From: Eledone cirrhosa
Lineage: Eukaryota
DNA length: 64,000 nucleotides
Reading direction: 5' to 3'
NCBI GenBank assembly: GCA_964016885.1
Contig: OZ024763.1
Location: 26,412,001 to 26,476,000, forward strand
A program made the translations under genes and the position numbers. Every line of letters starts with the position of its first letter. Position 1 is the stretch's first letter. Below, in pieces: positions 1 through 11,254 of the stretch. The notes under the pieces are model-generated. The model was not told where the DNA came from. It was given only the letters and a program-made list of their open reading frames with translations, and made no database searches.

Positions 1-10
1 AGTAACACAC

Positions 11-240
11 AACTTCATATATGCAAGTTAGTCACATCTCAGATATGCAAATCATAGTAACGACTCAGTTATGCAAATATTACAGCAGCAACTCAGATAT
101 GCAAATATCACAGCAACAACTCATATTCAAATTACAGCAACATCTCAAATATGCAAATATTAAAGCAACGACTTAAGTATTGAAATATTACAGCAACAAC
201 TCAAATATGCAAATTACAGTAACAACTGAGATGTGCAAAC
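11..240 (+). repeat. Degenerate ~26-28 bp tandem repeat containing ATGCAAAT
   Basis: Unit ~CAACTCAGATATGCAAATATTACAGCAA, about 8 diverged copies; perfect ATGCAAAT at 45, 71, 99, 151 and 207. Confidence 0.8.
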
Positions 241-438
241 AGTGAGAAATTGAATGTCAGACGATATAATTTTCATATTTGATATATCTACTTCACTAAC
301 ATGCATCATAGCGACTGCTGCTGCTGCACATCTGACTGCAGAAATCACTGCATTGCTAACATCTATGCACCACAACATTGCAGTTAAGCAGTCACTGCAA
401 CATCCTATGTAGATCATGTAATCATCTTGATAGAGATT

Positions 439-439
<1 letters not shown>

Positions 440-470
<31 letters not shown>

Positions 471-549
471 TATACGCCCACATATATACACACACATATA
501 TATACGTACATATACATATATACACACACATATATATATATATACATAC

Positions 550-584
<35 letters not shown>

Positions 585-741
585 CGTATATATATATATA
601 TATATATATATACATACGTATATATATATATATATATATATATACATACGTATATATATATATATATATATATACATACGTATATATATATATATATATA
701 TATATACATACGTATATATATATATATATATATATACATAC

Positions 742-780
<39 letters not shown>

Positions 781-781
781 C

Positions 782-818
<37 letters not shown>

Positions 819-819
819 C

Positions 820-856
<37 letters not shown>

Positions 857-889
857 CGTATATATATATATATATATATATATACATAC

Positions 890-928
<39 letters not shown>

Positions 929-964
929 CGTATATATATATATATATATATATATACATACGTA

Positions 965-1002
<38 letters not shown>

Positions 1003-1039
1003 CATACGTATATATATATATATATATATATATACATAC

Positions 1040-1074
<35 letters not shown>

Positions 1075-1291
1075 CGTATATATATATATATATACATACG
1101 TATATATATATATATACATACGTATATATATATATATATACATATACATACGTATATATATATATATATATATATATACATACGTATATATATATATATA
1201 TATACATACGTATATATATATATATATATACATACGTATATATATATATATACATATACATACGTATATATATATATATATATATACATAC

Positions 1292-1335
<44 letters not shown>

Positions 1336-1556
1336 ATATATAAATATACATACGTATATATATAATATATATATATACACACATACATATATAAATATAC
1401 ACACATACATATATAAATATACACACAAATATAGATATACACACACACACACACATATATATATACACACATATATATATATATATATATATACATACAC
1501 CCACATACATATATATGCCCACATATATACGTACATATACACACACACATATATAT

Positions 1557-1603
<47 letters not shown>

Positions 1604-1838
1604 CACCCACATACATATATATGCCCACATATATACGTACATATACACATATACACACATATATATATACTTACGTATATATATATTTATATATATATAT
1701 TATATATATATAAACACATACATATATAAATATACATACGTATATATATAATATATATATATACACATACATATATAAATATACACACAAATATAGATAT
1801 ACATACACACATATATACATGCACACACACACACACAC
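440..1838. repeat. Compound (TA)n/(CA)n microsatellite with periodic CATACG interruptions
   Basis: Read directly; source of the YI/IY-rich ORFs. Confidence 0.97.
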
Positions 1839-1877
1839 TAAAACAGCAGAAACAGCTAATCCCAACTGAAAACAACC

Positions 1878-2310
1878 AGTCTGTCTGTCTGCCTGCCTTC
1901 CCCCCCTCTCTCTCCCTGTCAATCTGTCCCCCCTCTCAATTGAGGGGGGGGGGCTTTCCCCCCACCTTCTCCTGTGTGTCAGTCAATCTGCCTCCTCTTT
2001 TTCTCTCGTCACCCCCTCCCTCATTCTCACTGTATCAGTCAATGAATCTGCCTCTCTCTCACTTCCTTGCCCACTCTTTTCCTCTCTCTCTCTGCCTACC
2101 CCTGTCTGTCAGTCAATCTGCCTATCACTCCCCCTCTGTCAGTCAATCTATCTCTCCCTCCCTCTACCCACCACCTCTCCCCCCTGTCAGTCAATCTGCC
2201 TCTCTCTCTCCCTCTGTCTGTCTGAGTCTATCTGTCTCCCCCCTCTGTCAGTCAATCTGCCTCTCTCTCTCCCTCTGTCTGTCAGTCTATCTGCCTCTCT
2301 CCCTACCTGA
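1878..2310 (+). repeat. CT-rich degenerate repeat with CTGTCAGTCAATCTG motif
   Basis: Motif recurs among CT tracts (2106, 2136, 2184, 2245). Confidence 0.75.
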
Positions 2311-2364
2311 CATATTCTGACTCAAAGGTTGAACACTGGAAAGTTTACATTTTCAAAATCTAGG

Positions 2365-3265
2365 CTGGGACTTGATGGTCTAGGGGGAGTATGGGTGGAA
2401 ATGTGGTTGTGGTGGGGGTGGGGGTATTAGACTGGGGGGGATAGGGGTGTAATGGTGGTGGTGGGGAGTTAGACAGGAGGGTGGCGGTGGGGTGGAGGGA
2501 GTCAGTTTCTGGATTATTCTCTAGCTCACTTTTAAGATGTTTTGATGTCTGAAGAAAACTGACATGTGATATGGCAGCAGCAGTAGCATGGTGGTGATGG
2601 TGGTGGGGAGATGGTGGGTGTTTAATGGCAAGGGAGGAGTGGTGATGGTGGAGGGAATGTTGGGTGGTGATGTTTAATGGCAGGGGGGAGTGATGGCAGT
2701 GTTGGAGGTGGAGAGAGTATGGTGGGTGGTGGGATTTAAATGCAGGGGTGTAATGGTGGTGGAGAGAATGGTTGGGGGATAGGATTTTTGGGGGGTGAGT
2801 GATGTTTAATGAGTGGGACTGGTGGTGGTGGTGATGGTTGTGTGAATGGTGGTGGTGGAGGGAATGGTGGGGAGTTAGCAGTGATGTTTAATGGTTCTGG
2901 GACCGGTGGTGGTGGTGGTGGGAAGATTGGTGGAGGTAGTGTTTTTTTTTTGGGGGGGGGGGGGGCTGTAGTGGTGGAGGGGGTTTAAGCTACAGCAGTA
3001 GTGTTTAATGGTTGTGGTGGTGCTGAAGGTGGTGGCGGCTAGAATGTTAATAACACTGAGCAGCTGTACAGACATATTCTGGTGGTAAGAGGTGGTGGTG
3101 GTGAGAAGGAAGAGAGGGGGGGCTGGGGGGGGTTGAAGTGAGAGAGGAGAGGGGAACAGGATGAAGAAGTGAGGGTGGGGGCAACAGAAAAGGAGAGGAT
3201 AGAAGACAGGGTTTACAGCAAATTGAAAGTGATGTACTGAAGAAGAGAGGGGGGTAGTGATTAAG
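2365..3265. repeat. G/GT-rich low-complexity tract
   Basis: GGT/GGG runs with recurring GTTTAATGG. Confidence 0.75.
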
Positions 3266-3435
3266 CAGGCAATGTCTCTCACAATTACTATAAAAAAATA
3301 AAAAAATAAATAAAAAACGAAAACACAAACAGTAGCTTCAAGGGAAATAACTTAAGTGGGTCAATGGCATGTATTTAGATTTAGATAATTCATGAGATGG
3401 TGATGTACTGAATGAGCTTGAGCTGTGCGAAAACA

Positions 3436-3619
3436 AATAATTGTTTCTGCTTTTGGCACAAGAGTAGCAATTATTTCCAGTGTATTACTGGTACTTTATT
3501 TTATCGACCCCGTAAGGATGAAACGCAAAGTTAACCTCGGCGGGATCTGAACTCAGAATGGCATGGGCCGTAACTCTATGCTAAAAAGCATGGCGTCCAA
3601 CCCTCTACCGATACTGCCG
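3436..3619 (-). mobile_element. tRNA-derived SINE family A
   Basis: Matches in-window consensus: A-box-like TGGCAGTATCGGTAG, B-box GAGTTCAAATCCC, core GCCTTTCATCCTTACGGGGTCGATAAAATAAAGTACCAG, ATT tail. Confidence 0.9.
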
Positions 3620-3659
3620 AAAAAGTAACTTTTGTAAGTAAATAAGAAATTTCTTCTTT

Positions 3660-4110
3660 TTCACCCACTTATTCCTGAGTGTTGTGGAGACAGATCCTTC
3701 AAACACACCCTCCAGTGGGTCTTGTCAGAATCAACCGTCTCCAACTGATCCGGCTGGATCCCCAAGCGTGACCAGCCAAGCTCCGATGTTATCCAACGAT
3801 CTTGCTCAGGGTTCACCCCTGGGTCTCCTGCCAGTTGGTTTTGGCCATAAAATCTGTCCAGCGATTCTTTCCTTGAGACATTCAAACTACATGCCCATAG
3901 TATCGGAGCTGTGATCTATAAATTCAGAAAAGTAGCGGCTCTACCTGGAGTGGCACCCTGATTTCCGAGCTACAAATCTGTCCACTGATTCTTTCCTTGA
4001 GACATTCTAACCACATGGCCATAGTATCGGAGCTGTGATCTCTCAACTGGGAGAAGTAGCGGCTCTCCCTATTGTACACAGAAGACATGGACTCCTTAAG
4101 TTGTAGCAAA
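3660..4110 (-). mobile_element. RTE-clade LINE 3' fragment, frameshifted, with internal duplication
   Basis: Minus-strand peptides IRVPLQVEPLL, RSQLRYYGHVVRMSQER and ELGWSRLGIQPDQLETVDSDKTHWR resemble RTE ORF C-termini; GATTCTTTCCTTGAGACATTC..CCATAGTATCGGAGCTGTGATCT occurs twice. Confidence 0.75.
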
Positions 4111-4224
4111 GTTATTATGTCTAGAGGAGCAGTAACTACTCTCTGAGCTATGCACTCTATCGACTAATGTTACTCCATTTTGGTGGCTTGTATTCACGAT
4201 CCTAAGTGTTGGCGAGGAGGGGGC

Positions 4225-4600
4225 ACTTTAGTCCTGACAGATAACATCTCTGGTACCGATGACATGATAAAATACACCCAGTCCACTCTGCAAATTGGCT
4301 GGTGATAGGACTGACACTGTTGTAAAGACAATTTAGTCCTGAAGGACACCACTACAGCTGATGTCATAGTAAAATACACCCAGTCCACTCTAAAGTAGCT
4401 GATGATAGGTCTAACACACTTTAAATGCAGACACTTTAGCCCTGACTGACACGATAAAATACACCCAGTCCACTCTGTAAGGTGGCTGGTGATGGGAACA
4501 ACAGACTAAGTGACACTTTAATCCTAACAGACATCTCTGGTGCTGGTGGCGTGATAAAATACACCCAGTCAACTCTGTAAAGTGGCTGATGATATGAAAG
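4225..4600 (+). repeat. Degenerate tandem of retroposon-derived segment ATAAAATACACCCAGTCCACTCTGTAAAGTGGCTG
   Basis: Four diverged copies; reverse complement of the 63230-63730 array; a similar motif lies inside SINE B. Confidence 0.7.
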
Positions 4601-4906
4601 GCACATTTAAATACAGCGTAATAAGAACACATGTGGAGAACTAGAAATATTACTTTTGGAGGTTAGCATTGTTGGAAAGCCTGGAGAAGTGATTGACTGC
4701 GCCAGGTTGAAAAATGTCTAGAAACGCCATATCTCAACACAGTGTTCCTATGACTCCTCCAGGAGTTGCAGGACCATGCATGCATTGAGATGAGAAATCA
4801 AAATTTACAACTTTAAGACAAAATTTCCACTAACACCAGAGCATATACCATATATATTCATAGATAACTAGCACTATTTTCCACGAAAATATGTGGGGCA
4901 AAAAAA

Positions 4907-4937
<31 letters not shown>

Positions 4938-4959
4938 AATGGAGGTGTGTGTGTGTGCG

Positions 4960-5410
4960 ACTTATCAGAACTTCAATTCAAAATATATGATACAATGTAT
5001 ATGTAAAATGGAGATGTGATTTATCTACTAGACCTACAAAACCTTAATTCAAAATATATGACACATTGTAAATGTTGTATGTAAAATAAAGGTGTGCTTT
5101 ATCTACTGGACCTAAAAGACCTCAATTCAAAATATGACACATTGTAAATGTTGTATGTAAAATAAAGGTGTGCTTTATCTACTGGACCAAAAAGACCTCA
5201 ATTCAAAATATGACACATTGTAAATGTTGTATGTAAAATAAAGGTGTGCTTTATCTACTGGACCAAAAAGACCTCAATTCAAAATATATGGCACATTGTA
5301 AATGTTCTATGTAAAATAAAGGTGTGCTTTATCTACTGGACCAAAAAGACCTCAATTCAAAATGGAGGTGTGACGTTACTGGACCTACAAAACATCAGTT
5401 CAAAATATAT
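4960..5410 (+). repeat. 76-bp minisatellite, ~5-6 copies
   Basis: (A/G)CACATTGTAAATGTT at 5061, 5137, 5213, 5291. Confidence 0.92.
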
Positions 5411-5564
5411 AGCACATATGTAAATACATGGCAGATTGTAGATGTTGTATGAGTGACTTCTCTACCAATGCAGTATATATATATATATATAGGTCAGGTG
5501 AGGATTCAGGACCTACCAACGTCACCCACCCACCCCCTTCCTGATGAGAATTATGGACATACAG

Positions 5565-5596
5565 CACCAATGCTAATCTATAGATTAGCATTGGTG
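5565..5596. other. Perfect 32-bp palindrome
   Basis: CACCAATGCTAATCTA|TAGATTAGCATTGGTG, no spacer. Confidence 0.95.
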
Positions 5597-5819
5597 TTAC
5601 TATTTTCAATGATCCCCAACCCTCGGCAACGAGGATAGGTACAGACAAGGCCATAAACAGTGTTTTTTATTGACTGTGGAAGCTTGTTATAAAGTAAAAG
5701 CCAACCCTGGGGTGGATTTGAACCCAGGAAAAAGTGACTACATAACCACAATATACTTAATTATGCCCACCTGTTTACTGATAACATCATTGACTGTTCA
5801 ATAATAACGAGGGAACACT

Positions 5820-6710
5820 ATTGATGATGATGCTGGAGGTAATGATGATGATGATGATGGTTGTGGTGGTTGTGGTAGTGGTAGTGGTGTTGATGATGGA
5901 AATGATAATGATGATGGTGGAGGGAATGATGATGATGGTAATGATGATGGTGGTGGTGGTGGTGATGGTGATGGAGATGATGATGATTATTGTTGAATAA
6001 TCTGGGATTAAGTAGAGTTGACTAATCATGTCTTAGCATGACTAACGACGTAGTTATTGTGGTTTTACAGATTACCAATCAGCAATGGGGGGGGGGGGAC
6101 AGATAGACAGAGACAGAAAGACAAAGACAAAGAGGGAAAGAGACAGCAACAGAGAGAGAGAGACAGCAACAGAGAGAGATATAGAGAGCAACAGACAAAG
6201 AGAGAGAGAGAGAATAACGAGGGTAGAGAGAAGAGCAGGGTGGGGGGGGAGTTGTTTTAATTTTCTTTTTTAATTAAATGAAAGGAAATGGAGAACTAAC
6301 GACTAATATTTTCAATAATAACCAATTTTTGTAACAAATTATCAACATGGTTCTTTTTTTAATTTCCCTCCAGTCATTTATCCATATCACCACCACCACC
6401 ACCATCCCATCATCTATCTACCACCACCACCACCCCATCATCTATCTACTACCACAACCACCACACCAATCATCTATCTATCACCACTACCACCATTACC
6501 GCAACCATTTAGCCACAACCAACACCACCGCCCTAATCTATCCATATTCACCACCACCATCACCGCCAATCATTTTCCATATCACCACCATCAACACCAC
6601 CAACACCACCACTCCAATCATCTATCCATTACAACCACCACTCCAACCACCACCACCTAATATAGCACTACTATTCCCCACACTCATCATCACTCTCCAT
6701 CACCACCACC
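5820..6710. repeat. (GAT/GGT)n, (GA)n and (ACC/ATC)n low-complexity tracts
   Basis: Read directly. Confidence 0.85.
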
Positions 6711-6793
6711 TGGCTAACCAGCTAGCTAGTCGAACATCCAAAGAGGATGACCAACTTTCTCCTCTGTGATTCAATAACATAGATTTAATATAT

Positions 6794-7253
6794 CTCCAAG
6801 ATTGTTGGCACCAAATTAAGACAATATGACTCCAAGAGTGTTGGCACCAAATTAAGACAATATGACTCCAAGAGTGTTGGCACCAAATTAAGACAATATG
6901 ACTCCAAGAGTGTTGGCACCAAATTAAGACAATATGACTCCAAGAGTGTTGGCACCAAATTAAGACAATATGACTCCAAGAGTGTTAGCACCAAATTAAG
7001 ACAATATGACTCCAAGAGTGTTGGCACCAAATTAAGACAATATGACTCCAAGAGTGTTAGCACCAAATTAAGACAATATGACTCCGAGAGTGTTGGCACC
7101 AAATTAAGACAATATGACTCCAAGAGTGTTGGCACCAAATTAAGACAATATGACTCCAAGAGTGTTAGCACCAAATTAAGACAATATGACTCCAAGATTG
7201 TTGGCACCAAATTAAGACAATATGATTCCAAGATTGTTGGCACCAAATTCAGA
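6794..7253 (+). repeat. 36-bp minisatellite, ~12.8 near-identical copies
   Basis: Unit CTCCAAGAGTGTTGGCACCAAATTAAGACAATATGA, head-to-tail with no spacers. Confidence 0.97.
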
Positions 7254-7256
7254 TAG

Positions 7257-7425
7257 ACTAGGGCTACCTCCCTATTCACCACCATAGACGCTGAGCTGGC
7301 CAGCCGCAGGTGTGAGCCTTGCGAGTTAGAATGGCTCTTCTTCCAGCGCATCTCCTTTACCATCCTCCGGGGAAACGCCTTCTCCATCCTGTCCGCTGGG
7401 GCTGTGTGGGGGGAGGCCAGCACGT
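7257..7425 (+). mobile_element. CRE-like (restriction-like endonuclease) non-LTR retrotransposon 3' fragment
   Basis: Translates TRATSLFTTIDAELASRRCEPCELEWLFFQRISFTILRGNAFSILS, resembling the FQRLSIAIQRGNA terminal motif of CRE-clade ORFs; GC-rich island. Confidence 0.7.
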
Positions 7426-8002
7426 GGGACCCAATTTGCTGTATGGTGATACAGATTAATAGGCAAAGTTATAAACTATTGTTTCTACCGGTTGGAAGTC
7501 GGTGTTACAGTTCTAGGGTTTTCAGTTTTCACGAGATGTATTAGTGATGCGACAGAGAGGAGGTAATTCTGGTTTGAAAAACGTTTCTCTTGGAAAATAT
7601 CATACAAATCCATTTTTTTATAGAAACAGAAGAGAAAAAAAATGACAGTGAGGAGGGAGGGGCTAAATTAGGTTATGACGTTGACTATATATTTAATCTC
7701 CATTGCTACTATCTTTTAACATACTATAATTATTTGGCAGAAAATATCTAAAAACTGGTTTGTTAATTCAAATATTTAATGCCATTACTGGTGGACAAAT
7801 CTTAGTGAAAATTTGCAGTATTATCTCTTAACATCCTGTAATGATTCAACAGAAAATATCTAAAACCATTTGTTAATTCAAATGTTTATAGCATCTTTAC
7901 TAGTGAACAGATTGTTGTCAAAGTTTGCAGTAGCTATCTCTAACATCCTATAATTTAACTAATGATTCTTACATGAAATTATGTTGGAAGATTTTAATTT
8001 AA

Positions 8003-8201
8003 CCCTTTAGCATTTAAACCAACCATATCTGGCCAGAATTCTCTCACTTCTTTCTGTTCAAACAGCCACTTATACTGATGTAAAGGTATTGTTTTCAAAA
8101 TAAATAATATCAAAATCTCATAGATTTGATATTATGTGAGATAATTATGTAAGATAAAACCTTTACCACAAAAATACAATAGTAATGTAAATGCTAAAGG
8201 G
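8003..8201 (+). mobile_element. piggyBac-type MITE family P, intact
   Basis: TTAA|CCCTTTAGCATTTA ... TAAATGCTAAAGGG|TTAA. Confidence 0.9.
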
Positions 8202-8309
8202 TTAAGTAGGAATCTTTGAAATGGGTGGTTTTGTTTCATAGAACCAGTGTCGGTTTTGCAGAGGATGGCATCAAAAGGATTAAGCTGGTGTCTGGAGAAC
8301 ATAACTTAA

Positions 8310-8530
8310 CGCTTTAACATTTAAACCGGCCGTATCCGGCCAGAATTCTCTCACCTCTTTCTGTTCAAACTTGTCATAACTGGCTTCTCATATTTATGTT
8401 AAGGTATTGTTCTCAAAATAAATAATATCAAAATCTCATAGATTCAACATTATGTGAGATAATTATGTGGGGTAAAGCTTTTACCATGAAAATATAATAG
8501 TATATATAGAGTAATGTAAATGCTAAAGGG
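8310..8530 (+). mobile_element. piggyBac-type MITE family P
   Basis: TTAA on both flanks, degenerate left TIR, intact right TIR, same interior as 8003-8201. Confidence 0.88.
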
Positions 8531-8787
8531 TTAACAAAGGTTCTTAAGATAAAATTATGATGGAACATTTTTTAGATAAACAGAAATACTTCAAAGAAAA
8601 CATTGTATCATAGACAGAATCAAGGATAGTTATCTTTCTAAATATCTCCAAATTCTTGATTATTTTTAAAAATGATCTGAAAATCATTGGCAGTGTCTTT
8701 CATTAAAAATATCGGTCATATCCTTGTAGTAGTAGTGGTGATGGTGGTGTTAGTAGTGGTGGTGGTGGCTTTAGTAGCATTAGTGAC

Positions 8788-8818
<31 letters not shown>

Positions 8819-9228
8819 CAGCAGCTGCTGCTGCTGCTGCAGTAGTACTAATAACAACAACAGCAGCAGCAGTTACTGTAATTCAAGTTTCTGATTTAGA
8901 CTGAAAGCTGTTAGAGTTAGGTCATTGTTTAAGCAAGCTGTTGTTGTTGTATGTAGTATGAAAGAAATCTGCAATACATATTTTATAGCTGTGAGTCTGA
9001 CAGTCACTTCCTATAAACTGGTAACAGCTTGTTGCCAGCCATAACAGTGTTTGTTTTATCAGGCACTCTCCTATAATGACCACCACCACCGAACCTCAAT
9101 ATGAATGGGATGATACATAAGACGGTAGTGTTGACTAATACAAATATGGCTCTATATTCACACACACACACATGTGCGCACACACACACACACACACACA
9201 CATATACATACATACATACATACATACA

Positions 9229-9261
<33 letters not shown>

Positions 9262-9429
9262 TTACAGTCCTCGCCGAAGCAAGATGCAACATGGCCAGAC
9301 TTGCCTCCTGGCATGGACAACCCATCTTACCCATGCAAGCATGGCAGAACCGACACTAAACAAAAATGATGATGATTATGATGACACACACACACGCGTG
9401 GGGGTGTAAGCGACCTGAATAGACCTGTC

Positions 9430-9632
9430 TTTTCTCAAAGAAACATTTATCGTTTCTAGCACGTCTCACTCTCCTCTATGTTTCTATTTCTTTTTTAATT
9501 TCTCGTACTATTTTCTGATGAAGGACTAGTATCCGAAACGTTAAAACCCATTTCCTGCTATATGTGTAAAAATAATATATTTCTTCATTGTACTGTTGTT
9601 TGCTTTGTTATTTCTGTTTACCTTTTGTATCT
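9430..9632 (+). mobile_element. Penelope-like element terminal (pLTR-like) remnant
   Basis: Pyrimidine-rich segment with a hammerhead motif; homologous to 10355-10482 and 47140-47290 (both minus). Confidence 0.55.
9511..9546 (+). ncRNA. Minimal type I hammerhead ribozyme motif
   Basis: TTTT-CTGATGA-A-GGA(CTAGTA)TCC-GAAA-CGTT-AAAA: both core boxes, stems I and II, palindromic ACGT stem III. Confidence 0.65.
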
Positions 9633-9765
9633 TCTTGTGGTGCTAAACTCCGCCAGTTGCAGACTGTGTAATCAACAGGAGATATTTTTCTCCACAAAGT
9701 TTAATCACCAACAGCAGAGTTTAAATAGCAAAGATCAAGTACAGTCCATAAGTTGACATTATCAA

Positions 9766-9935
9766 GCAGTATCGGTAGAGTCGGACGCCATGCTTTGACG
9801 CATAGAGTTACGGCCCTTGCCATTCTGAGTTCAAATCCCGCCGAGGTTAACTTTGCCTTTCATTTACGGGGTCGATAAAATAAAGTACCAGTAATGCACT
9901 GGGTCATTGCTGGCCTTGTGCCTAAAGTAGAAACA
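9766..9935 (+). mobile_element. SINE family A, slightly 5'-truncated, with TSD
   Basis: TSD ATTATCAAGC at 9758 and 9936. Confidence 0.92.
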
Positions 9936-10002
9936 ATTATCAAGCCATCATTTTGACTGCCGGCCTCTGCTTCCTTTTGTATACATATATCATCAACATT
10001 TT

Positions 10003-10337
10003 TCATCATCATTTCATTTTACGTCCGCTTTTCCCTGCTTGCAAGGGTGGGACAGGAACTGATTCTGGCATGATTTCTACAGCTGGATGCCCTTCCTAAC
10101 ACCAACCTCATTTACAGTGAGTGCTGGGTGCTTTTTTGCCGTGGCACCTCCACGACCACTTTGCATTGGTGATAGGGACTGGGGTCCCTATCATCTCATT
10201 TCTACAGCTGAGTAAACTGGAGCAATGTGAAATAAAGTGTCTTGCTCAAGGAAACAACACATCACCCGGTCTGAGAATTGAACTTATAACCTTTCGATTG
10301 CAAGGTCAATGCTCTAACCACTAAGCCATATGCCTCC
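10003..10337 (-). mobile_element. tRNA-derived SINE family B (~340 bp, RTE-like tail)
   Basis: Head GGAGGCAYATGGCTTAGTGGTTAGAGCATTG, CCTTGAGCAAGACACTT core, tail GCGGACGTAAAATGAAA(TGA)n; matches 48083-48428. Confidence 0.9.
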
Positions 10338-10354
10338 ATATATATATATATGTG

Positions 10355-10482
10355 TAAAAGGTAAACAGAAATTACAGAAATAATAACACAATCGGTACAG
10401 TATATGGTAGGAATATATTAGGTGAGGTTAACGCTTGAAATAGCAGGATGAGGGTCTTAACGTTTCAGACGCTAGTCCTTCA
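10355..10482 (-). mobile_element. Penelope-like remnant with 5'-truncated hammerhead
   Basis: Minus strand TGAAGGACTAGCGTCTGAAACGTTAAGAC; downstream similar to 9540-9632. Confidence 0.55.
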
Positions 10483-10508
10483 CACAAACACACACATATA
10501 TATATATA

Positions 10509-10622
10509 CAGGCTATTCCCCCCCCCCCCCCAAAAAAAAATGTATACACACTTCAACAGCATTCTACTAAATATTGCCTGTACAGGTAATCAATGTGTGT
10601 ATACATTTTTGGGGACACCCTG
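10509..10622. mobile_element. Tc1/mariner-type MITE
   Basis: TA flanks; right TIR GTGTGTATACATTTTTGGGGACACCCTG, degenerate left TIR CAGGCTATTC(C)n(A)nTGTATACACAC. Confidence 0.75.
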
Positions 10623-10964
10623 TATATTAGCTGCATCTCAGTTTTGAGAATTGCCATCCCTTGAAGTTTTTCTCGTGTGTGGCACAAACATGACCTTTTC
10701 AGCTCCGTCAAGAACTTAGATTCCTTTCTGCATAGGCTGAGGCTAAAGAGAAAAGAAAAGGCCAAGCTCACACAATACACGTGAAAGTTGTTTAGATCAA
10801 GTAATACCAGTGCTTGAAGTTCGCACAGGACCAATCCCACTCTTTGAACAACAGTGATAGGTATCGAAAAAGAAGGACACTGACTGCCATCAAGATTAGG
10901 CCAGTGGAAGTGAGAGACCCCCAGTTCTTGTTAGGTCATCATTGTAGGAAAAGGAAATCACAAA

Positions 10965-11072
10965 AACTGGAAGAGGAGATGACAAAGGAACGCGACAAGT
11001 GGAGAGATGCTGTGCTGAGGATCTGTACAACCCATGCAAGCATGGAAAAGCAGACGTAAAAATAATGATGAT
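10965..11072 (+). mobile_element. RTE LINE extreme 3' end
   Basis: EEMTKERDKWRDAVL..THASMEKQT* followed by (TGA)n. Confidence 0.75.
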
Positions 11073-11254
11073 CATTGACACACACAAAGTATAAAGACCC
11101 TCTTTAGCCATGAATGACCAACGGTTTTGCTCCAGGAAAGTTCCCTTCAGAAGCATAAGCCCTAGCAAGACCAGCAGTTTCCCTGTGCATACCAGGTGTA
11201 ACATGAAATAAAGTGTCTTGCTCAAATACGCAACGTTTGGCTTGGTCCATAAAT

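Noticed and set aside
214-1922. 300-480 aa YI/IY-rich ORFs
   Set aside because: Translations of (TA)n/(CA)n microsatellite, open in most frames
5540-5560. CTGATGA as another hammerhead
   Set aside because: No stem II or GAAA box follows
6785-7423. 212-aa minus ORF, and the 36-bp repeat as a CRISPR array
   Set aside because: Head-to-tail units with no spacers and no cas genes; the ORF is the antisense of a retrotransposon fragment plus the array
10630-10900. Possible minus-strand exon or transposase piece (..TREKLQGMAIL..)
   Set aside because: Only a faint resemblance; no convincing motif or splice pair
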